The notes beneath the pieces are model-generated. The model was not told the DNA's origin. It did no database searches and saw only the letters and a program-made list of their open reading frames with translations. Shown in pieces: positions 12,361 through 23,734 of a DNA stretch of 64,000 nt. The position numbers were made by a program, and so were the translations under genes. Positions within the stretch are counted from its first letter, which is position 1; each line of letters begins with the position of its first letter. Source of the stretch: Octopus sinensis (lineage: Eukaryota); assembly GCF_006345805.1 (NCBI RefSeq), contig NC_043020.1, forward strand, positions 27,156,001-27,220,000, given 5' to 3'.

Positions 12361-13492
12361 ATGGCAAGTATTTATTGACCTTTTCCTTTCCTTTAAACCT
12401 TTAGTGTTTAAACCAGCCATGTCCAGCCCAAATATTCTACATGTTTTATATTCAAACTGGCCATATCTAGCCTCTCACACCTAACCTACATTGACATTCT
12501 AAAAATAAACAATCACATCATTGAAACCTCAAAAGCTATAAGACAATGCAGAATTAATTAAAAGCAATTTGAATTTTAAAAATATTACATTTAACAGAGT
12601 AATCTGAACACTAAAGGGTTCAAAACCAGCATGAACTTTCCGGACAACCCAATCATCATCATCATCATCGTTTAACGTCCGTTTTCCATGCTAGCATGGG
12701 TTGGACGGTTCGACCGGGGTCTGGAAAGCCAGGAACTGCACCAGGCTCCAGTCTGATCTGGCAGAGTTTCTACAGCTGGATGCCCTTCCTAACACCAACC
12801 ACTCCGCGAATGTAGTGGGTGCTTTTTTACATGTCACCAATATTATACGCAAACCAGAATGTTGCCCATCATATGACGGGTAACTTTGGAAATATACTTT
12901 TGCTACTATTAGTAATATCAGGAATGTATGGCGTGTCCAACCCATGCTAGCACGGAAAGCAGACGTTAAACGATGATGATGATGATGATATGGCATGTAT
13001 GTGGGAAGAATACTGAGAAGACATGCAACATGAACAAAGCTCAAACATCAATAATGGAAACCATAGCGCTATGAGATGAAATGTAATTGTGTTATGGGAA
13101 AGTGCAGTTTGTAAAGCAATGAAAAATTACTCCCTAATTACGGGCAATGAATTTTATGAAATACATCTATAGGCACAGGAGTGGTAAGAAGCTTGTTTAC
13201 TTACCAACCACATGGTTCCGGGTTCAGTCCCACTGCTTGGCACCTTGGGCAAGTATCTTCTACTTTAGCCTCGGGTCAACCAATTCCTTCTGAGTGGATT
13301 TGGTAGGCAGAAACTGAAAGAAGCCTGTCATCATCATCATCATCATCGTTTAATGTCCGTTCTCCATGCTGGCATGGGTTGGACGGTTCAACGAGGTCTG
13401 GGAAGCCAGAAGGCTGCACTAGGCCCAGTCTGATCTGGCGATGTTTCTACGGCTGGATGCCCTTCCTAACGCCTGTCGTATATATATATACT

Positions 13493-13896
13493 CTCTTTTA
13501 CTCTTTACTCTTTTACTTGTTTCAGTCATTTGACTGCGGCCATGCTGGAGCACCGCCTTTAGTTGAGCAAATCGATCCCGGGACTTATTCTTTGTAAGTC
13601 CAGTACTTATTCTATCGGTCTCTTTTGCCGAACCGCTTACTGACGGGAACGTAAACATGCCAGCATCGGTTGTCAAGTAATGCTAGAGGGACAAACACAG
13701 ACAAACAAACACATACACACATATATATATATACACATACGACGGGCTTCTTTCAGTTTCCGTCTACCAAATCCACTCACAAGGCATTGGTCGGCCCGGG
13801 GCTATAGCAGAAGACACTTGCCCCAAGATGCCAGGCAGTGGGACTGAACCTGGAACCATGTGGTTGGTTAGCAAACTACTTACCACACAGCCACTC
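13493..13896 (-). mobile_element. Family-A tRNA-derived SINE, full length (~400 bp)
   Basis: Head ggagtggctgtgtggtaag...ggttc, core cttgggcaagtgtcttc, internal (TA/TG) tract, tail (aaagagt)n. More than 20 full or partial copies occur in the window. Confidence 0.85.
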
Positions 13897-14180
13897 ATGC
13901 ACATATATGTATATATATATTAGCTGGTGTACCCGGTAATTCCTGGGGGTTAAAGATGTTCTATTGAAACACTTTATTACTCATAGCTTTGATTATTGCA
14001 GTGACGTAGTTGCTTGTTTTTAATACAGTTTTGTAAGGTGTGAGGGCCCAGATCTGGGTGTTTCTGAAATTTATGAAGAACCAAAGTTGGTGGAGCGCAT
14101 ATGTGTAGGTACGGTGCAGCTAACTGCTTCCGGTCACTCATTGCGCATTATCAGAGGTCCATGGGAAACATGTTATTTTG

Positions 14181-15165
14181 TACCCCGTGCTAGTAGGGTG
14201 CTAAGAGCACCATCCGAGCATGATCGTTGCCAGAGCAGCTATCTGGCCTCCGTGCCAGTGGCACGTAAAAGGGCACCATCCGAGCATGATCGTTGCCAGA
14301 GCGGCTGTCTGGCCTCCGTGCTGGTGGCACATAAAAGACACCATCCGAGCATGATCGTTGCCAGAGCGGCTGTCTGGCCTCCGTGCCGGTGGCACATAAA
14401 AGACACCATCTGAGCGTGATCGTTGCCAGAGCAGCTATCTGGCCTCCGTGCCAGTGGCACATAAAAGACACCATCTGAGCGTGATCGTTGCCAGAGCGGC
14501 TGTCTGGCCTCCGTGCCAGTGGCACATAAAAGACACCATCCGAGCGTGATCGTTGCCAGAGCGGCTGTCTGGCCTCCGTGCCAGTGGCACATAAAAGACA
14601 CCATCCGAGCGTGATCGTTGCCAGAGCGGCTGTCTGGCCTCCGTGCCGGTGGCACATAAAAGACACCATCCGAGCGTGATCGTTGCCAGAGCGGCTGTCT
14701 GGCCTCCGTGCCGGTGGCACATAAAAGACACCATCCGAGCATGATCGTTGCCAGAGCGGCTGTCTGGCCTCCGTGCCGGTGGCACATAAAAGACACCATC
14801 CGAGCGTGATCGTTGCCAGAGCGGCTGTCTGGCCTCCGTGCCGGTGGCACATAAAAGACACCATCCGAGCATGATCGTTGCCAGAGCGGCTGTCTGGCCT
14901 CCGTGCCGGTGGCACATAAAAGACATCATTCGAGTGTGATCGTTACCAGCATCGCCTTACTGGCACCTGTGCCGGTGGCATGTATATAAAGATTCGAGCG
15001 AGGTCGTTGTCACTACTGCCTGACTGGCCCCCGTGCCGGTGGCATTAGGAAGGGCATCCAGCTGTAGAAACTCTGCCAGATCAAGATTGGAGCCTGGTGC
15101 AGACCCCGGTCAAACTGTCCAACCCATGCTCGCATGGAAAGCAGACGTTAAATAATGATGATGAA
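14181..15165 (+). mobile_element. Family-C retroposon with an expanded internal 65-bp minisatellite and a (GAT)n tail
   Basis: Eleven near-identical 65-bp units (ccgagc starts at 14214, 14280, 14345 ... 14865) plus degenerate units, then aggaagggcatccagctgtagaa...gtccaacccatgct.gcatggaaa.cagacgttaaa-(tga)n. Confidence 0.85.
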
Positions 15166-15567
15166 TCTAGATACCAACACAAACAGGCTTCTTTCAGTTT
15201 CCACCTACAAGGTTTTGGTCAGCTGGAAATTATAGTGCAAAAATACTTGCCTCATGATGTTAGTCCATAGGACTGAACCTGATACCATCTGGTCACAGGG
15301 TGAACTTTTTAACCTCACAGCCACATGTGTCATCTAATAATTTGCTTCCTCCGTGCAAAAAGCTCAAGGGAAAATAGAGCCAACACTCTTCACAGCTGCA
15401 GCCTTTACAAGGGAGATAATCATTTTGCTATGACATGGAACAGTTCAATCCTGTTCAGCACTATTTTTTATTTTCAGAAACCAACATGATGTAATTTGTG
15501 ACTCATTAATTAAATAATAAAACATTTTATGAAGTGAGAGGTTGCATTAATTATGGAGATATTTATA

Positions 15568-16084
15568 GGATCTTTTCGGTTTGACCGGCAGTTTTTTAAA
15601 ATAATTTCTACGTAACTAAACACTTTTAAACTTCGTATACTGGTAGAATGTGTTTATAGAACATCTTTTTCTCTTGGGATCTTTTCGGTTTGAACGGTAG
15701 TTTTTTCTAGCGATGTCATATAAAATTGTCACCCATAATTGTGACCCTAGTATCGATCTATTGCATTTCAATCTGTTTTAGGGGTGGGAGGAAGGGGATA
15801 TTTTTTTCTTCAGAAATGTAAATAAACCCAATCTGTTTCTTAAACGAGGAACATATTCATACGGTACAGAATGTTTTTTTTTACCTCAATAGACGTCAAT
15901 GATTGGTTGAAATTGCAAAGATTGCAGAAAAAGAACAACAAATATCTCACAAACTATAGAATTTTCTCAATAAAGCCAAGAGAAAAAAATGTTCTATAAA
16001 CACATTCTACTAGTATACGAAGTTTAAAATTTTTTAGTTACCTAGAATTTATTTTAAAAACTGCCGTTCAAACCGAAAAGATCC
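15568..16084. mobile_element. GGATC-TIR MITE, composite (reverse-oriented 5' fragment 15568-15676 plus full copy 15677-16084)
   Basis: The TIR GGATCTTTTCGGTTTGA(A/C)CGG occurs at 15568 and 15677; the complementary end aactgccgttcaaaccgaaaagatcc is at 16084. Confidence 0.8.
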
Positions 16085-16223
16085 GGGGGTGAGATAACCA
16101 AAATGTACCTACCGCTACCGCAAATACAACCATTATCACCACGACGACGACGACGATGTCTACTACCACCACCACCACCACCACCTTCAATATATCTGTT
16201 TATGTCTGTCTGTGTGTGTATCT

Positions 16224-16455
16224 GTTTCTTTACTACCCACAGGGGGCTAAACATAGAGGGGACAAACAAGGACAGACAAATGGATTAAGTCTATTACATC
16301 GACGCCAGTGCGTAATTGGTACTTAATTTATCGACCCCGAAAGGATGAAAGGCAAAGTCGACCTCGACGAGATTTGAACTCAGAATGTAGCGGCAGACGA
16401 AATACCGCTAAGGATTTCGCCCGGCGTGCTAACGTTTCTGCCAGCTCGCCACGCC
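16224..16455 (-). mobile_element. Family-B SINE (ggcggcgagctggcag...gggtagtaaagaaa)
   Basis: ~230-bp family. Other copies at ~30897, 32938-33352 (tandem), 45594, 47000, 54362, 55726 and 59958. Confidence 0.8.
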
Positions 16456-16615
16456 TTCTGTGTATTTCTTTGTATTACTATGCGCGTATGTCTGTGTATA
16501 TACGTATCTGTATGCGTCTGTAAGTGTATGTGTGTGTCTGTGTATATGTATAATCTTTATGTGTGTGTGTGTGCACTTTTCTGTGTATGCCAGTGTATAT
16601 ACATGCATACATACA

Positions 16616-17020
16616 GGAGTGGCTGTGTGGTAAGTAGCTTGCTAACCAACCACATGGTTCCGGGTTCAGTCCCACTGTGTGGCATCTTGGGCAAGTGTCT
16701 TCTGCTATAACCCCGGGCCGACCAATGCCTTGTGAGTGGATTTGGTAGACGGAAACTGAAAGAAGCCTGTCGTATATATGTATATATATATATAAGTGTG
16801 TGTGTATATGTTTGTGTGTCTGTGTTTGTCCCCCTAGCATTACTTGACAACCGATACTGGTGTGTTTACGTCCCCGTCACTTAGCGGTTCGGCAAAAGAG
16901 ACCGATAGAATAAGTACTGGGCTTACAAAGAATAAGTCCCGGGGTCGATTTGCTCGACTAAAGGCGGTGCTCCAGCATGGCCGCAGTCAAATGACTGAAA
17001 CAAGTAAAAGAGTAAAGAGT
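16616..17020 (+). mobile_element. Family-A SINE, full length
   Basis: Same structure as 13493-13896. Confidence 0.85.
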
Positions 17021-17590
17021 ATATATGTATATATATATGTATGTGTGTATGTATATGTGTTCATCAGTGCGCATGTTTTGTGTGTATATCTTTCTATATA
17101 TATAACTGTGTATATGGCTGTGTGTTTTAATGTGACTAGGTGTCTCGCTGTATATGCGTGGATGTATGTGCGCGCGTGTGTACATGTGTGTGTGTGTGTG
17201 AATTTGTGTTTCCGCCTTTCTCTGAATGCGTATGTGTGTGTGTGTGTAACAATAACGTATTAATGGATATCACGGTGGGCAGGGGAAGGTATTGGATGCG
17301 TGCGAGCCGGAGCTGGTGCAACGAGCTGCACTCGCCAGGCTGCACCATTCTGCATATCAGCGACATCAGGTGTATATCTATACCCTATTGTGTGTGCCAT
17401 CGCGTTTACACCACCACCACAACAACAACAACAACAATAAGCAAACACACACACACGCGCGCGCACACTAAACACTAAACGAAACACAGTTGAGCCCTTA
17501 GCCTCTATACGGTAATTCGACCAGCTAGAAATAGCAGCCAAATCTCTCATCAAATCACACTTCACTGTCTTGCAAATTAAGACATTTTAG

Positions 17591-18012
17591 GGATCGTTTC
17601 GGTTTGAACGGCAGTTTTTTCTAGCGGTGTCATATGAAATTGTCACCCATAATTATGACCCTAGTATCGATCTATTGCATTTCAATCTGTTTTAGGGTTA
17701 GGGGTGCGGGGAAGGGTATCTTTTTTTCTTCATAAAGGTAAATAAACCCAATCTGTTTCTTAAACGAGGGACATATTCATACGGCACAGAATGTTTTTTT
17801 ACCTCAATAGACGTCACTGATTGGTTTAAATTGCAGAAATTGAAGAAAATATCTTACAAACTATAGAATTTTCTCAATGCTAACCAACCACATGGTTCCG
17901 GGTTCAGTCCCACTGCGTGACACCTTGGGCAAGTGTCTTCTACTATAGCCCCGGGCCGACCAAAGCCTTGTGAGTGGATTTGGTAGACGGAAACTGAAAG
18001 AAGCCCGTCGTA

Positions 18013-18043
<31 letters not shown>

Positions 18044-18372
18044 GCATGTGTGTCTGTGTTTGTCCCCCTAGCATTACTTGACAACCGATGCTGGTGTGTT
18101 TATTTCCCCGTCACTTAGCGGTTCGGCAAAAGAGACCGATAGAATAAGTACTGGGCTTACAAAAGAATAAGTCCCGGGGTCGATTTGCTCGACTAAAGGC
18201 GGTGCTCCAGCATGGCCGCAGTCAAATGACTGAAACAAGTAAAAGAGTAAAGAGTAATAAAGCCAAGAGAAAAAGATGTTTTATAAACACATTCTACCAG
18301 TATACGAAGTTAAGAATTTTTTTAGTTACCTAGAAATTATGTTAAAAACTGCCGTTCAAACCGAAAAGATCC
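17591..18372 (+). mobile_element. GGATC-TIR MITE interrupted by a 5'-truncated family-A SINE (17879-18255)
   Basis: Both TIRs are present and the MITE sequence resumes in register after the SINE. Flanks cattttag/cgttgtag match at 6 of 8 positions (TSD-like). Confidence 0.85.
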
Positions 18373-18567
18373 CGTTGTAGATCAATGCGAGCGGTGAGGT
18401 GAGCAGCGATGTAACATAATTAAGGTAATAAATTTTACCTAAATTATATTATACATGATAAAACTAGTAATGGTATAAAACAAAATGGGTTCTCACCAGG
18501 CACAGGGAAAAGTAAATTTACCTTCGTCTTAATTGTTTTTCTTTTTAATCATTCCACTGTTAACCAA

Positions 18568-19099
18568 GGAGTGGCTGTGTGGTAAGTAACTTGCTTACCA
18601 ACCGGTAAGGTTCCGGGTTCGCACCTTGGGCAAGTGTCTTCTACTATAGACTATAGCCTCGGGCCGACCAAAGCATTGTGGGTGGATTTGGTAGACGGAA
18701 ACTGAAAGAAGCCGTAGGAGTGACTGTGTGGTAAGTAGCTTGCTTACCAACCACATGGTTCCGGGTTCAGTCCCACGGCATGGCATCTTGGGCAAGTGTC
18801 TTCTACTATAGCCTCGGGCCGACCAAAGCCTTGTGAGTGGATTTGGTAGACGGAAACTGAAAGAAGCTCGTCGTATATATGTGTATGTGTGTGTGTGTGT
18901 GTGTATGTTTGTGTGTCTGTGTTTGTCACCCCAACATCGCTTGACAACCGATGTTGGTATGTTTACGTCCCCGTATCTTAGCGGTTCGGCAAAGAGAGAC
19001 CGATAGAATAAGTACAAGGTTTACAAAGAATAAGTCCTGGGGTCGATTTGCGGTGCTCCAGCATGGCCACAGTCACATGACTGAAACAAGTAAAAGAGT
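18568..19099 (+). mobile_element. Family-A SINE, partial 5' half followed by a full copy
   Basis: Two heads, at 18568 and 18717. Confidence 0.8.
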
Positions 19100-19680
19100 A
19101 CTTTTACACGATCCAGTGGCTTGCCAAACTAGATGCATGTATTGGTCGGTTACTAACTGTCCAGTTTGTTGTCAATGCGGGAAAGACCACTTTATCTCTG
19201 GAGCCTACCAAAGGTTTTAAAAATCCTTGCATTCTGCCTCACTTGGTCCTTGCTGGCAGCCAATGACCACACGCCACGTCTCTTTGGACCAGCGTCGATG
19301 AACCAGAAATTCAGCCTGTCACACAGCTTTCGTCAGCCAGCCTTCTCTGGTCTTCATCTTTACTGCAATAAACAGCAGATCACAGCCACATAAACGGACC
19401 CAGCAGATCTGAAGTAATTTAAATCAGTGGTTCCCAAACTTTTTCGGGGCTGCCGCCCCCATGATATCCAGGTCACGTTCCTTAAAACACCCCACCCCAA
19501 CTAATCATCACAACCACAGGCCCCTTTCCGAAGCAAATTCAAAGCAACTCTATTTCACAAATAAAACTTTACCTAATCAACCCATTATCTTCGCTTGACA
19601 ACCGATGCTGGTGTGTTTACGTCCGTAGCATAGCGGTTCGGCAAAAGAGACCGATAGAATAAGTAGAATATATAGTAAGC

Positions 19681-20560
19681 TTGCAAAGCAACATCCTCTC
19701 CTCTCCAATATGGACCAGTTCCAACAGGGACTTAATGAAGCTGAGGGAATTGGGCTTGTCTGCCCCTGAGAAGACGGAGGACTGTCGGAGTCAGAGAGCT
19801 TGGGACAGCATAATTTCGAAGCCCACCTTCGACTCCCTCTTCATCCAGTTGGACCAGTTTTCAAGGTACCGCTTACTGTCTACTTGCGCCAAATACTCAG
19901 GTGACTAGATTGATGCCATCCCTGTGGCTAATGTTGGTGGCCTACTCGGCTTGGACGAACTTCGTGTCTCCATTGCCCTCAGAGTTGGAGCCGACGGGTT
20001 TGATGTGTCATTGTGGTAGGCTCCTCAACTCCACAGGCCTCCATGGTCTTTCTTGTCGCCTGAATGCTGGTCACTTCGGACGTCATACGGAGCTGAACCT
20101 GATACTCAAGAGGAGCATGGCCCAGGCAAACATCTCTATTTTGGAACCATCTGGGTTGTCCAGATGTGATGGGAAAAGACCTGGCGGTCTCACCCTGTGC
20201 CCTTGGTCGCGAGGTGGATGCCTTGTCTAGGATATCGCAGTTAGCGACTCCTTTGCTCCTTCTCACATCCTGGATGCTGCGCTCAGGGCGAGATCCACAG
20301 CTACTGCGACCGAGCGAAACAAAATCCTGAAATACAGCAATCTGTCGGCCAACTACATTTTCCATCCTGGGGCGTTCGAGACGTTTGGTGGGGTCGGACC
20401 ACTATCTGCGAGATTTCTACCTCCACTGGCAACTTGCTTAGCAAAGGTAACTGGTGAGGCTCATGAGGGTCCTTGGCTGTTCCAGCGCGTCAGCCTCGCC
20501 ATAACCCACGGCAACGCTGCAAGCCTGATGGCGTGCCATAATAGCCATTAGAGAGGTTTC
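19681..20560 (+). mobile_element. CRE-clade-like non-LTR retrotransposon, degraded 3' fragment (zinc knuckle + REL endonuclease)
   Basis: Across frameshifts: QRAWD...SGD*IDAIP...LRVSIALRVGA / CHCG...GLHGLSC...GRHTELN...EPSGLSRCDGKRPGG...PWSRGGCLV*DIAVSDSFAPSH...ERNKILKY...FETFGGVG...FQRVSLAITHGNAAS. These motifs are characteristic of CRE-type C-termini. Confidence 0.78.
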
Positions 20561-20728
20561 CCAGTGTCCCCAGCTTTTCAACCTAAGGTGGTGAATTTTT
20601 TTCTGTTGTTTCTTTTTATTTTTTTCATTTGTGCTCTCTGTTTTGTCCAATTTTCTCATTTAATTTAGTAAAACTAGATTAATAAAATACATTAAATTAC
20701 TGAGTTTTATTTCGGTAGAAGCATTATC

Positions 20729-21135
20729 GGATCTTTTCGGTTTGAACGGCAGTTTTTTCTAGTGGAGTCATATGAAATTGTCACCCATAATTATGACCCT
20801 AGAATCGATCTACTGTATTTCAATCTGTTTTAGGGTTAGGGTTAGGGGAAGGGTATCTTTTTTTTCACAAATGTAAATAAACCCAATCTGTTTCTTAAAC
20901 GAGGGACATATTCATATGGCATAGCATATTTTAACCTCAATAGACGTCATTGATTGGTTGAAATTGCAGAAATTGAAGAAAAAACAACAAATATCTTACA
21001 AACTATAGAATTTTCTCAATAAAGCCAAGAGAAAAAGATGTTTTATAAACACATTCTACCAGTATACGAAGTTTAAAAGTGTTTAGTTACGTGGAAATTA
21101 TCTTAAAAATCTGCCGGTCAAAGCGAAAAGATACC
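20729..21135 (+). mobile_element. GGATC-TIR MITE
   Basis: Both TIRs are present, ~407 bp, with the same internal sequence as the other copies. Confidence 0.85.
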
Positions 21136-22054
21136 AATTTTCTAATTTAATTTTTTAAAACTAGATTCATAAAATACATTAAATTACTGAGTTTTATTAC
21201 GGTAGGAGTATAAACTCAAATTCCTGAATAAAACGAAAGTTGTTTGAAAAGAAGTGGAACAAAAATTGGTTGGGAACGGAAGCAGATTTACAAAATGGCC
21301 GCCAAACAATGGATGACGAAGGGAGACAACAAAGGGACATAAAGATTAAGAATATTAAAATTACTGATATATTCTTTCTATTTCGAGCACAATGCCTGAA
21401 ATATTGGGGGAAGGGATAAGTCCATTACATCTATCCCAACACTTAACTAGTCCTTATTTTATCGACCCTGAAAAGGTAAAAGGTTAAAAATCCCCCAACG
21501 GTGGGATTAGAACTCGGGACGGAAAAAATTCCTCGAAGTATTTTTGTCTGATGTGGTAACGATCACACCATTTATGGAAATGGTATTCGTCTAATTAATA
21601 AAGTAATTGCAATGTGTGCAAATGATAATTAATTAAAATTTAGGATCTTTTCGGTTTGCGTAATGTTCAAGCAAGGTAGATGTTATTACGTCCCTTGATT
21701 TAATCTACACACGTTTACACAAATATTAATAAATTAATATTTATTAAACACGAATCAATCACAAAATGATATTTTATTATGAATAAAATAATCTTAGTGT
21801 TCTGATAAAAATTAATTAATGATAACTAACAAATAATTATAATCAACAAAATGACACATCGGGTAGAGAAACTCGTAGTGCAACATCTTTTGCAAAAAAA
21901 CTGTTCATATTTTCGTTGCCTTAATTGGTATAAATAAATTAGATTAATTTCCTTTAGAGAAATAATATAGATATACCGAAATAAATCAGACTATATCTTT
22001 ATATTTCATTAAAAATACAAAATAAATTATTATTTAAGACATTTATATAACATT

Positions 22055-22062
22055 ATGCAAAT
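22055..22062 (+). promoter_or_regulatory. Octamer motif ATGCAAAT upstream of tRNA-Sec
   Basis: Perfect POU-factor octamer at -78 to -71, just upstream of where a PSE is expected. A chance match in AT-rich DNA is possible. Confidence 0.45.
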
Positions 22063-22101
22063 TAAATAACTTAAATTTTAAATTATCTGCTATCAGATAC
22101 C

Positions 22102-22112
22102 TATATATAAAT
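22102..22112 (+). promoter_or_regulatory. TATA box of the tRNA-Sec gene (type-3 Pol III promoter)
   Basis: TATATATAAAT, with TATATAAA at -29 to -22 relative to tRNA +1 (22133). This is the canonical position for U6/tRNA-Sec-type promoters. Confidence 0.75.
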
Positions 22113-22132
22113 CTGCGGCAGCCAATAATATT

Positions 22133-22219
22133 GCCCGAACGAGCTTCAGTGGTCTGGAGTGCAGGCTTCAAACCTGTAGCTGACTGACGTCAGAGTGGTT
22201 CAATTCCACCTTTCGGGCG
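22133..22219 (+). tRNA. tRNA-Sec: tRNA-Sec (selenocysteine, anticodon TCA), 87 nt
   Basis: GCCCGAACG AG CTTCAG TGGT CTGGAG T GCAGGC TTCAAAC CTGTAG CTGAC TGAC GTCAGA GTGG TTCAATT CCAC CTTTCGGGC G. This gives the eukaryotic 9/4 fold, a 6-bp D-stem, a TCA anticodon, a long variable arm and G73, and it closely resembles vertebrate tRNA-Sec. Confidence 0.96.
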
Positions 22220-22220
22220 A

Positions 22221-22250
22221 AGGACCGCCCCACGGTCCTATTTTGTTTTG
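22221..22250 (+). terminator. tRNA-Sec 3' trailer: 7-bp hairpin followed by Pol III T4 terminator
   Basis: AGGACCG-cccca-CGGTCCT (22221-22239), then TTTT at 22241-22244 and 22246-22249. Confidence 0.6.
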
Positions 22251-22454
22251 CCTATATTCAATTTATCTAATAAATATTATTTCTTTTTTGTAATTTTCAG
22301 CTTTGCTTCCGTTTAGGGTTTTCTTTTGATACGAAGACATATATTATCCGACCCCGCCCACAATTAACTTTTCAGCATTTTCTGAAATAATGAATATTTT
22401 CATTTGAAATTTTCAATAAATTGCGTGGATTCCAACAATATCAAACTTTGTAAA

Positions 22455-22963
<509 letters not shown>

Positions 22964-23734
22964 TTCGTGAGAGGCCTTTCGGACAATTCCCACAGGTCAA
23001 CTTTGTTTTCTCATAACATTCAGAAAAACAGGTTTTGTTTTTTGTCATGAAATTTTCACCGAATACGTTTCAGAGTGCATAGCTTACGATTATATCGGAA
23101 TTAAAAAAAAAAAACAAATTTGGTGGACTCGTACAGATATATACTGACACACATCATATATACCTAAAAAAGAAACTTGTAATTTCTAAAAAAAAAAGAA
23201 TAGTGTACAACGCGTTCACCATTTCCACCCACTTTATTTTATTAATATTAAATTCCGATATAATCGTAACCTACATACTCTGAAAGGAATCTGTAGAAAT
23301 TTTCTATAAAATAGTATCCGTTTTTCTGAAAGTTATAAGGGTACAAGACCAGCTCGTGTGAATTTTTCAAAACTCCTCTCCCTACCAGCGAAACATTTTT
23401 TCTTCACAAATTCTGCTACGATCGGAATCTGCTCTATCTGAAGCGTACGTGTAGAAAATTTCATTAAAAATAGAAAAAAATTCAGTTTTCGGCAAGTTAT
23501 GAGGAAACAAAACTAGGTGGGGGTACGCTTGTGTAGGTATTGTAATATTCTTTCATTCTGGTATTATTATTCTAACTTATTGAACTCAGTATTTGTTCTA
23601 TTAGTTCTTTATAATGAGCTGCTAAGTTACAAGAACGTAAATAAGCCGACACCGGTTATCAAGTGATGCGGGCACACAGTCCTATCTAGGGCAGTAGCTG
23701 TATTTATGTCGGTTATATCTATAGATCGACGACT

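Noticed and set aside
14190-14929. Overlapping 164-241 aa repetitive ORFs, and a CRISPR-like appearance
   Set aside because: Produced by a stop-free 65-bp tandem unit. There are no unique spacers and no cas genes, and the context is eukaryotic.
21290-21330. YY1-like AAAATGGCCGCC as a possible promoter
   Set aside because: No linked exon was found, and the adjacent aagggagacaac resembles repeat-borne sequence. It is unsupported alone.
23068-23285. 35-bp inverted repeat (23068-23102 / 23251-23285)
   Set aside because: Degenerate, with no TSD and no coding remnant. It is probably an old DNA-transposon scrap and cannot be classified.
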